A stretch of 35,979 bases of DNA from Bacillales bacterium UBA660 (GCA_002299475.1 DBNY01000008.1:17595-53573); one strand, 5' to 3'. Positions 19,370 through 27,437 are shown, counted from the first letter of the stretch. A program made the numbers and translations. The notes: generated by a model not told the origin, from the sequence alone.

Positions 19370-19465
19370 TTAAAGATATATATTGTTACTAATGGATTGC
19401 AACTAAATCATATTAAAGTATTAATATGGTATGATATAATAATGCTATAAATTGGAGGCGCTGTA

Positions 19466-21448
19466 GTGGAAAAGAAAAAACAAAGAAATGCATTTACTTT
19501 AATAGAAATAGTATCAGTAATAGTTATAATAGGGATGTTTTTATTAATAACATTTCCAACTATTTCAAGAGCGGTTTTAATGTCGCAATTTAAATATTAT
19601 GAAGGTCAAGAAATGAGTTTTTTAGCGGCAGGAAGAAATTATTTTTCTAGTGATAGAATGAGACTGCCTAAAAATGTTGGAGAAAAGAGTACAATATCAT
19701 TATCAACGTTAATAGAAGAAGGCTATATAGAACCGATTGTAGATACGGAAAATAGAGAATGTGATTTAAATGATAGTTATGTACAGGCAACTAATATTGA
19801 TAAGGGAGAATATCATTATTATGTAAGATTAATATGTATTGATTATGATACAGTGGTAGCGTTAGGAGAATGGAGTAATTGGTCAACAGAGGTGCCAACA
19901 GGAGAAAATATAGAGATAGAATCGGCAACATTTTATAATTATCAAACTTTAACTAGTTATAATAGCAATTGGAGTGATTGGACGGATGTGGTAGCAGAAA
20001 GTGGTAGCGAAATAGAACCAGTGTCAAGAATAGTAGGAGCAGAAACACAATATCGAACAGTATATAGTTTTGTAGATCAACAGTGGAGATGGTTTGCTAC
20101 TGGAACAGAAAGTCAGTGTGCATCAACATCGCCCGGCACAGATTGGACACAAGGAGCAGGATGTAGTACAACAACTCAAACGCAATGTGCATCAACATCA
20201 CCTGGCACAGGTTGGACACAAGGGAATGCTTGTGGCACAACAACTCAAACGCAATGTGCATCAACATCACCTGGCACAGGTTGGACACTGGGAAATGCTT
20301 GTGGCACAACAACCCAAACGCAATGTGCATCAACATCACCTGGTACTGGTTGGACGCAAGGAGCAGGTTGTAGCACGGCAACCCAAACGCAATGTGCATC
20401 AACATCACCTGGCACAGGGTGGACACAGGGGAATGCTTGTGGCACAACAACCCAAACGCAATGTGCATCAACATCACCTGGTACTGGTTGGACACAAGGA
20501 GCAGGATGTAGTACGGCAACCCAAACCCAATGTGCATCAAGTATACCAACAGGAACAGGATGGAGTCAGGGGTCATCATGTGCATGGACAACAGGAACAG
20601 AAACAGCGCCTTGTTCAAGGTCTGCTCCATCCGGGACGGGTTGGGTAACAGGAGCGGCGTGTACTGTAGATTCATATACGAGGGATTCAACTTACCATTA
20701 TGGATTTTGCCCAGATGGTGCATGGTATTATTATTCGTGTTCGGGCAATTGTAATCGAGAGTGTCCTGATGGATATGTTATAACAGGCACTTCTGTTCCT
20801 AATAGGTATTGTGGTACTGGCTCATGTATACCTGGAGTTGATGTTAAAACTTGTTATGAAACATGGAGTGGTGCATCTTGTACCTTATCTGGTAATACAT
20901 ATAGTAGAACGACAACAACTGCAAGTAGTTGGGATTATACAAGAACAATAACAGATAAATGGGACTATACAAGAACTGTAGCAAGTAGTTGGGATTATAC
21001 AAGAACATCAACAGATAAGTGGGACTATACAAGAACTGTAGCAAGTAGTTGGGACTATACAAGAACTGTAGCAAATAGTTGGGATTATACAAGAACAGTA
21101 ACAGATAGATGGGATTATACAAGACCTACAATAACATACGCAACAGGATTTCATTCAACATCTCCTAGTGGTTTTCCAACTAGAGATGATGCTCAAACTC
21201 AATTTACTACACCAACAGCGTGGAGTGATATATTACCAACATCACATAGTTTTAGAACAATAAGTAACAAACAACAAACTAGAACTAGAAATTTAATAAC
21301 AGATTGGTCTGGTAATCTATTAGTTCAGCCCGTAACGGAAGCGCAGATTATAACAATTTTAAATAAATCTATGCAAGAAATACAAGCAGATCCAAATATA
21401 AGATTAATTCCTGTTGTAATGTATAGATTTAGAATAAGTAAGGCTTAA
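19466..21448 (+). CDS. large type IV pilin-like surface protein with mirrored Cys/Trp/Thr-rich repeat arrays
   Basis: Class III signal RNA|FTLIEIVSVIVIIG; pilin domain with a Cys pair; WSxWS modules; two repeat arrays flanking a Cys-rich core; RBS GGAGG; extended -10 TGATATAAT at 19432-19440. Confidence 0.88.
   Translation: MEKKKQRNAFTLIEIVSVIVIIGMFLLITFPTISRAVLMSQFKYYEGQEMSFLAAGRNYFSSDRMRLPKNVGEKSTISLSTLIEEGYIEPIVDTENRECDLNDSYVQATNIDKGEYHYYVRLICIDYDTVVALGEWSNWSTEVPTGENIEIESATFYNYQTLTSYNSNWSDWTDVVAESGSEIEPVSRIVGAETQYRTVYSFVDQQWRWFATGTESQCASTSPGTDWTQGAGCSTTTQTQCASTSPGTGWTQGNACGTTTQTQCASTSPGTGWTLGNACGTTTQTQCASTSPGTGWTQGAGCSTATQTQCASTSPGTGWTQGNACGTTTQTQCASTSPGTGWTQGAGCSTATQTQCASSIPTGTGWSQGSSCAWTTGTETAPCSRSAPSGTGWVTGAACTVDSYTRDSTYHYGFCPDGAWYYYSCSGNCNRECPDGYVITGTSVPNRYCGTGSCIPGVDVKTCYETWSGASCTLSGNTYSRTTTTASSWDYTRTITDKWDYTRTVASSWDYTRTSTDKWDYTRTVASSWDYTRTVANSWDYTRTVTDRWDYTRPTITYATGFHSTSPSGFPTRDDAQTQFTTPTAWSDILPTSHSFRTISNKQQTRTRNLITDWSGNLLVQPVTEAQIITILNKSMQEIQADPNIRLIPVVMYRFRISKA
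20105..20665 (+). repeat. tandem in-frame 69-bp (23-aa) repeats: 7 copies plus a degenerate 8th
   Basis: Units start at 20105, 20174, 20243, 20312, 20381, 20450 and 20519 (the last is 72 bp); consensus TQTQCASTSPGTGWTQG(AG/NA)C(S/G)T(T/A); degenerate unit at 20591-20665. Confidence 0.97.
20921..21130 (+). repeat. tandem in-frame 30-bp (10-aa) repeats, 7 copies
   Basis: Units start at 20921, 20951, 20981, 21011, 21041, 21071 and 21101; consensus (ASS/ANS or TDK/TDR)WDYTRT(V). Confidence 0.97.
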
Positions 21449-21568
21449 TGTGAATAAGCAAGTTAAATTAATATAGATATGTATTATCTATATTTTTTTT
21501 ATTAATGATAGAAAATCAAACAAAAAAAAAGGCTCTCAAATGAAAGCCAATTAACAATATATATATTC

Positions 21569-24451
21569 TTAGTAGGGAATATTATAATCACTGACAATTA
21601 CTGTTCGATATAGCAGCTTAGAAGCCTGACGATAAGTAACATTATAATTTATTTGATATGTTTCTGCACGCGATGTATCAATTTGAGTTACAATGGCATT
21701 ATCTGATAAGCGATATATAGTTCTTGTTATGGATGCTTGATTAGTAACATCAATAGAGTTTTCTAAGACTAGTATTTCAGAAGTAAATGGGTATGCGCTG
21801 CCAATTGGAATAGTAATAACTGCTTCTCCGTTTAAGGAAATACTAATTGCAGGATTTGCAGAGCCAGTTGTTAGCGTTATCTCACTCCCGTTACTTTGAT
21901 TATCTCTTAATTTAGAAAAGCCTGTTTTAACCACATAAGTTCTAGAATTTTGATTAGTTGCTTCGCTAAAGGAATTGTTTTCAGTAAATGTTATAAAATT
22001 TAATTCGCCAGTTGTGGTGTCTTTAGAATAAATATTATATCCAAATAATCCTAGAAAGTTGTCATTAAAATTTTTATACTGCGTCCAATATTTATTAATA
22101 TGTTCACCAAAAGTAGAACTATAGTTATTGATAAAATATTGTTCAGTTAAATGAATTGGTGTATTTACTCTATTCCACGTTATAGTATACCTATTTGCAG
22201 TAGTGTCATATGAACCATTTAAATTGGATACATTAGTGGTGATTCTATTGAATCTTGGTGATATTTCAGTAGGCTCAGTGCCTTTTCTAAAATATTCCGT
22301 TGTTATCATATCACTAGGTGTAAACTCACTTGGAAGCATGGCTGGAATACTTCCTTCTTCTACTTGTACTTCAACAATGCTAGTTGGTGTGGTAAATTTA
22401 CTATTATCTTTCTTAAATATTCCGTTAGCAATTGTTCTAAATAATGCTATTCTTTGGGTTGAAGCAATATTAACAGTATTATAATATTTATTAGATATTC
22501 TTTCATATCCGTACCAGAAAGAAATAACATAATCAGGTGAATAGCCAACTACCCATGAGTCATTTGTAGCATTATCTGGTAGATTAAAAGCTTTTTTAGC
22601 TTGTGCATCAAAATTAGTAGTTCCAGTTTTGGCAGCAATACTAACCCCTGGTATTCTAAATCTTCTATTAAAACCGCTTTCCACTGATTGATATAAAATA
22701 TCTGTTATCATATATGCGGTTGAATCGCTCATGGCCCTTTCTTTTTTAGATGGGAAATGTTGGATATTGTCAGTTGCTCTATATTCAATTTTATATACAC
22801 TGTAGGGTTCTATAAAATACCCACCATTACCAAAAGCCGCATATGCACCAGCCATTTCTAAAGGTGATGAACCATTATACCCACCAATACTGTGAGCTTC
22901 ATGAATTCTTCTGCCATCAATTTCAGGATTAAGACCTAACTTTTGAGTAAATTCAATAATTTTTCTATTATCAACACTTTTAAATGCTTTTAATGCTGGA
23001 ATATTTCTAGATAAATCCAGTGCATCTCTTAATGTCATCAAACCCATATATCTTCTATCCCAATTATTTATTGGTTGACCATCAGAATAAGTATATGCTT
23101 CATCTAGAAAGGGAGTGTATGTTGACCAGTTATTATGTTCCATGCCAGGAGCATAATCAAACATTGGTTTAGCAGTTGAACCAGGCTGTCTATTAATCAT
23201 AGTAGCAAAATTGAATTTGCGTTCTCCTGCGATATTTCTATTTGCACCAATCGCCAATATTTTACCATCATTAACACCAACGATTGCAATTCCAGTTTGC
23301 ACTACATCATTAATAAATTTAAAATTTTCTCCACTCATGATTTTATCAATATGGGTCTGTTTCTCGCTGTCCATATTGGTGTGAATTTTCATGGGTACAT
23401 TATACGGATTAAAGCCTGTTTTACTAATTACTTCTTCAACGACAGTATCAATATAACCTTGAAATTTTACGTTTCTATTTGGATTTGCAACTAATAAATC
23501 TTGAATAGGTATGCTTCCTGCAATTTTCTCTTGCTCTTCTGTAATATAGCCGTGCCTTTGCATTAAATTTAACACGGTCTTTCTTCTTGCTTGAGCGCGG
23601 TCAGGGTTAACAAAAGGATCAAAAGCACCAGGAGCTTGAAACAAGCCGGCAATTAAACTAGCCTCAGCTAAATTAAGATCGCTGACCGATTTTCCGAAAT
23701 AAGTTCTTGAAGCTTGTTCTACTCCGTATGAACCACTTCCAAGAAAAGGAATATTAACATAAAATTCTAATATTTGTTCTTTAGTATACAATTTTTCTAA
23801 TTTAAAAATAGCAAGATATATATCAGTAAATTTTCTTAAAATTGACTGTTCAAAGGAAGTAAAATTGTTTTTTACAACTTGCATCGACAATGTTGAAGCG
23901 CCGCCGGCATCCCTATTTCCTCTAGCCTGACCAAAAGCAGCTTTCATAAATCTAGGTAAATCAAAGCCATTATGTTGATAATATCTAGAATCTTCTGTTG
24001 CAATAATTGCATCGATTAATACCTGAGGCAAGTCATTGTAAGTAACAATCTCTCTTTTTTCAACTCCTAATTTAGCTATTATATTATCTTGATTATCGTA
24101 TATAATGGTTGATTCTTTCATATATAAATTCTCAGGTTTAAAATCTGGTGCATTTCTAATTATATGAAACATAAATAAAGAGGCCATAACTATTCCAATA
24201 ATACCTAAGGAAAATACAAAAATTAACATATAATTTCTAATTCTTCGGCGCCCCTTTTTATTTTTGCTGTGTTTTTTGACGAGATAGATTAATCCGCTAA
24301 ATAATAAGATACTAGTTCCTAATATTATTGTATATAAATGCCCTATATTTATTAAAGACACAACAATAGTAACTATAGTTAATAATATGGTTAGTATAAG
24401 CCCGAATTGTTTTTTTAAAAATTTCTTAATTTTTTTGATTAGTCGTTGCAT
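21569..24451 (-). CDS. ponA: class A penicillin-binding protein (PBP1A) with C-terminal FN3-like and Ig-like domains
   Basis: Transglycosylase motifs ATEDSRYYQHNGFD, GASTLSMQVVKN, RKFTD; transpeptidase motifs STAK, SRN, KTG; recU-ponA operon. Start at ATG 24451 after RBS GGAGG. Confidence 0.95.
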   Translation of the reverse strand: MQRLIKKIKKFLKKQFGLILTILLTIVTIVVSLINIGHLYTIILGTSILLFSGLIYLVKKHSKNKKGRRRIRNYMLIFVFSLGIIGIVMASLFMFHIIRNAPDFKPENLYMKESTIIYDNQDNIIAKLGVEKREIVTYNDLPQVLIDAIIATEDSRYYQHNGFDLPRFMKAAFGQARGNRDAGGASTLSMQVVKNNFTSFEQSILRKFTDIYLAIFKLEKLYTKEQILEFYVNIPFLGSGSYGVEQASRTYFGKSVSDLNLAEASLIAGLFQAPGAFDPFVNPDRAQARRKTVLNLMQRHGYITEEQEKIAGSIPIQDLLVANPNRNVKFQGYIDTVVEEVISKTGFNPYNVPMKIHTNMDSEKQTHIDKIMSGENFKFINDVVQTGIAIVGVNDGKILAIGANRNIAGERKFNFATMINRQPGSTAKPMFDYAPGMEHNNWSTYTPFLDEAYTYSDGQPINNWDRRYMGLMTLRDALDLSRNIPALKAFKSVDNRKIIEFTQKLGLNPEIDGRRIHEAHSIGGYNGSSPLEMAGAYAAFGNGGYFIEPYSVYKIEYRATDNIQHFPSKKERAMSDSTAYMITDILYQSVESGFNRRFRIPGVSIAAKTGTTNFDAQAKKAFNLPDNATNDSWVVGYSPDYVISFWYGYERISNKYYNTVNIASTQRIALFRTIANGIFKKDNSKFTTPTSIVEVQVEEGSIPAMLPSEFTPSDMITTEYFRKGTEPTEISPRFNRITTNVSNLNGSYDTTANRYTITWNRVNTPIHLTEQYFINNYSSTFGEHINKYWTQYKNFNDNFLGLFGYNIYSKDTTTGELNFITFTENNSFSEATNQNSRTYVVKTGFSKLRDNQSNGSEITLTTGSANPAISISLNGEAVITIPIGSAYPFTSEILVLENSIDVTNQASITRTIYRLSDNAIVTQIDTSRAETYQINYNVTYRQASKLLYRTVIVSDYNIPY

Positions 24452-25025
24452 TAAATGCACCTCCAAAATAAATCTTATCTATTGTATCTAAATATTTTAA
24501 TCTCGGATTGTAACTTTCTTCAATTTCATATGCAGTATCTATAAAAAAAGATATTGGTATAGTGCTCTTCTTATTATTAATATATGAAATAAAATCTTCC
24601 CCTTTAACTAAATAAGTTTTACTTAGACAAGAAAATCTTATTATGAAAAAAGCTATACCGCCATGTTTAATAATACTATCTATATGTTCTATCTGATGTT
24701 TATGAATATTACGAACGGGATAAAAATTTTTATTTTTTGTTTCTTTAGCTTCAAAATCAATATATTTTTCTCTATATATACCATTATAATCAGTAGTTGA
24801 GGGAACTTTAAAGTATGCTTTACTTATAATTTTTTTTTTATCTTGATTGTAATGTATAAGCGTTGGTTGAATTGGAGTTGGTTTTTTATAAATAATAGCT
24901 CGGTTAATTATTTTATAATATTCATTTGACATATTGATGTCTTCTTCTAAATTAGCACCTCTATTACGATGATTAGTAAATGTTAGATTTTGATTTTTAA
25001 TTTTTATATTGTTTGAATATTTCAT
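24426..25025 (-). CDS. recU: Holliday junction resolvase RecU
   Basis: NRGANLEEDIN, IYKKPTPI, STTDYNGIY, IDFEAKETK, HKHQIEH; start ATG 25025 after AAGGTGA. Confidence 0.97.
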   Translation of the reverse strand: MKYSNNIKIKNQNLTFTNHRNRGANLEEDINMSNEYYKIINRAIIYKKPTPIQPTLIHYNQDKKKIISKAYFKVPSTTDYNGIYREKYIDFEAKETKNKNFYPVRNIHKHQIEHIDSIIKHGGIAFFIIRFSCLSKTYLVKGEDFISYINNKKSTIPISFFIDTAYEIEESYNPRLKYLDTIDKIYFGGAFNATTNQKN

Positions 25026-25165
25026 TTCAATCACCTTCGTTAATTATACTATAAAAATTTTAAATTTTCTATAGAATTAATCTGTATGTCTTTCTATAAC
25101 TACTTTTGTCGAAACCAATGCAGAAAATATGGATTAATGATATTGTTTAATAAAGGAGAAAGAAT

Positions 25166-25273
25166 ATGAACGATATGATCTATATTTCAGAAATTTTTGA
25201 TGAAATGATTAATAATATAAAATATATTAAAATATCTATTTATAATTTGAATAAAGATAAAAAGAAGAAGTAA
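25166..25273 (+). CDS. putative 35-aa small protein (not in ORF track)
   Basis: RBS AAAGGAG (25152-25158), 7 nt before ATG; MNDMIYISEIFDEMINNIKYIKISIYNLNKDKKKK. Confidence 0.5.
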   Translation: MNDMIYISEIFDEMINNIKYIKISIYNLNKDKKKK

Positions 25274-25308
25274 CTTTCATATAATTTATAAAGGAGGATA
25301 TAAAGAAT

Positions 25309-25599
25309 ATGGAAGATATTTTAAGTAGAGTTGTAATTAATAATAATATAATAGGGCTATCAATTGTATTAGTTATTATTGGTAAGGCATTAAAAAATAG
25401 TCCAATGATACCAAATTACTTGATTTTATGGATATTAATAATTATTAGTATTAGTTTCAGTTTGTTAACCAATTTTTCTATTCAAAGCTTTATAGAAGGG
25501 TTTATTGCTGTTAGTTTAGCTAATACATATCATCAAACATATAAACAAACAAAGGAAATGTATTGTGACATTTCTTTCAATAAAACAAAAGGCAATTGA
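25309..25599 (+). CDS. phage holin-family membrane protein (Dp-1-like), orphan
   Basis: Pattern VLVIIGKALKNSPMIPNYLILWIL...FIEGFIAV...HQTYKQ; RBS AAGGAGG. Confidence 0.72.
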   Translation: MEDILSRVVINNNIIGLSIVLVIIGKALKNSPMIPNYLILWILIIISISFSLLTNFSIQSFIEGFIAVSLANTYHQTYKQTKEMYCDISFNKTKGN

Positions 25600-25624
25600 C
25601 AAAATGCGTTTTTTTTGGCACAAT
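25596..25624 (+). promoter_or_regulatory. sigma-A promoter of gpsB-rnpB
   Basis: TTGACA (25596-25601), 17-nt spacer, CACAAT (25619-25624). Confidence 0.6.
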
Positions 25625-25647
25625 ATATACGTGAGTGAGGTGGAAGA

Positions 25648-25971
25648 ATGTATCAAGATAAAATAATTTTGACACCCCAAGATATATTGGAAAAAGAATT
25701 TAAAATTGACACAAGAGGTTATCGATTAAAAGAAGTTGATAAGTTTTTAGATCTTATTATTAGAGATTATGAACAGTTTATTAATATTTTAGAGAAACTA
25801 GAATTAGAGAATAAAGAATTGCTAGAGGAAAATTTAAAATTAAAAACTGAGTTTCGTAATATAAGAATGGATATGCAAATAGCAGGTCAAAATGAGAAAG
25901 AAGTAACAAATGTTGATATATTAAAAAGATTATCTCACTTAGAAAAAATTGTATATGGAAAAGATGAGTAA
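25648..25971 (+). CDS. gpsB: cell division regulator GpsB (DivIVA domain)
   Basis: LTPQDILEKEFK..RGY..EVDKFLDLIIRDY and C-terminal TNVDILKRLSHLEKIVYG; upstream of rnpB. Confidence 0.95.
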   Translation: MYQDKIILTPQDILEKEFKIDTRGYRLKEVDKFLDLIIRDYEQFINILEKLELENKELLEENLKLKTEFRNIRMDMQIAGQNEKEVTNVDILKRLSHLEKIVYGKDE

Positions 25972-26321
25972 CAGTATTTAGGCAAGCGCTGTATCCTAGT
26001 GATATAGAGGAAAGTCCATGCTCGCACAAACTGAGATGTTTGTAGTGTTCACGCCTAGGGAAAACCTAGGGTAATTTATAATTAACGGCTCTAAGAAACC
26101 TAAGTCAATTGATATGGTTGATTAGTATAAAAGTGCCACAGAAACGAATTGTTTTAGAAATAAAACAGGTGAAACGTTGGTAAACCCCGTGAGCGAGAAA
26201 CCCAAATATGGTAGGGGAACTTTCAAAAGGGAATAGAACTGATTGAAAGATGAATTAACATTCATAGATAAATGTTTGCCGTCTCTTAGGAGAAACAGAA
26301 CATGGCTTATAAATATTGTTA
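25969..26321 (+). ncRNA. rnpB: RNase P RNA, bacterial type B
   Basis: GAGGAAAGTCCATGCTCGCAC, CTGAGATG, AAAGTGCCACAGAAACG, GGTAAACCCC..GAGCGAGAAACCCAAA..GGTAGGGGAAC, TAGATAAATG, ACAGAACATGGCTTA; P1 pairing TAACAGTATTTA/TAAATATTGTTA. Confidence 0.97.
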
Positions 26322-26346
26322 TTTTTTTATTTAAAGAGGTGTTGAT

Positions 26347-26823
26347 TTGAAAGAATTAGGTCAAAAGCTAAAAGAAGCTAGAGAAAAACATGGCATAAGT
26401 ATTGAAGAAGCCGCGGGAGATTTGAATCTTAGAAATAGTCAATTAGAGAATATTGAAGATGGAAATATAAAGGCCTTTAAGGACGTTTTTTATTTAAAAT
26501 ATTTTATTAGAGATTATGCTAAATATCTTGGCCTTGATTATGAAAAGTTAGTAGATGAATTTAATGATTTTTTATTTGATTATACGTCTAAAATTCCATT
26601 AGATGCGATAAAAAAAGCTAATGCTAAACAGACTAGCGAGACCAAAAGGGAAGTTGTATCGCCTTATACTATAAACAAAAAAAGTAATTTTGTTATATCC
26701 GCAAAACATATTTATTTAGCAATAATTATTTTAGTTATTATAATTTTTTATTTACTTGTTAGTTATTATGGTACAGATGAGTTTAAAAAAGTAAATATTA
26801 GTAGCTTAATAAATTATGTATAA
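26347..26823 (+). CDS. rodZ: RodZ/YmfM-like HTH membrane protein (short form)
   Basis: LGQKLKEAREKHGISIEE...IEDG...FIRDYAKYLGLD HTH plus one TM; TTG start with RBS GAGGTG; upstream of pgsA. Confidence 0.8.
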   Translation: MKELGQKLKEAREKHGISIEEAAGDLNLRNSQLENIEDGNIKAFKDVFYLKYFIRDYAKYLGLDYEKLVDEFNDFLFDYTSKIPLDAIKKANAKQTSETKREVVSPYTINKKSNFVISAKHIYLAIIILVIIIFYLLVSYYGTDEFKKVNISSLINYV

Positions 26824-26837
26824 TGATGGAGGGCAAT

Positions 26838-27437
26838 ATGAAAATGAACTTACCAAATAAATTAACAATACTAAGAATTGTATTTACATTTATTATCATT
26901 ATAGTTTTAGTATTTCCTTTTTATTCTGTTAATATTGAATTTCCACATTTCAGAGTAGAAAAAATAATTGTGGATAGCAGATATATATTAGCAGGAATAT
27001 TGTTTATTATAGCAGCATTTACTGATTTTTTAGATGGCCACATTGCCAGAAAATATAATTTAGTAACTGATTTTGGTAAAATGATGGATTCAATAGCTGA
27101 TAAAATATTGGTTAATTCTGTTTTAATAATATTAAGTTCAGCAGGTTTTATTAATCCGATAATTCCTGTTATTATAATTATAAGAGATAGTGTAACTAAT
27201 GCTATTAAAATGATTGCAGGAAGCAAAGGTCAAGTTGTTTCGGCTATTCAAATAGGAAGAATAAAAACGGCCTGTTTAATGACTGGTATTACTTTAATGT
27301 TGTTTTATAACTTACCATTTGAATTATATAATTTAAAAGTAGCCGATTTTTTATTGGTGTTATCTGTTGTATTATCAGTAATATCATGTATTCAGTATTA
27401 TAATATGAATAAACACTTAATATTTGATAAAAATTAA
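26838..27437 (+). CDS. pgsA: CDP-diacylglycerol--glycerol-3-phosphate 3-phosphatidyltransferase
   Basis: MNLPNKLTILR and TDFLDGHIARKYNLVTDFGKMMDSIADK CDP-alcohol phosphotransferase motif. Confidence 0.95.
   Translation: MKMNLPNKLTILRIVFTFIIIIVLVFPFYSVNIEFPHFRVEKIIVDSRYILAGILFIIAAFTDFLDGHIARKYNLVTDFGKMMDSIADKILVNSVLIILSSAGFINPIIPVIIIIRDSVTNAIKMIAGSKGQVVSAIQIGRIKTACLMTGITLMLFYNLPFELYNLKVADFLLVLSVVLSVISCIQYYNMNKHLIFDKN

Noticed and set aside
20094-21122. Alternative-frame and antisense ORFs over the repeat arrays (184, 208, 62, 66, 74 and 92 aa)
   Set aside because: Repeat lengths are multiples of 3, so stop-free frames propagate; no RBS support and no recognisable products
20921-21130. 30-bp repeats as a CRISPR array
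   Set aside because: Directly abutting units with no unique spacers, in frame inside a CDS, and no cas genes in the window
19466-21448. Diversity-generating retroelement or invertase shufflon acting on the pilin
   Set aside because: No reverse transcriptase, adenine-specific TR/VR pair, recombinase or inverted recombination sites seen; the mirror symmetry is in variant order, not a DNA inverted repeat
25166-25599. Prophage at the holin locus
   Set aside because: No integrase, lysin, structural genes or att-like repeats; flanks are core genes
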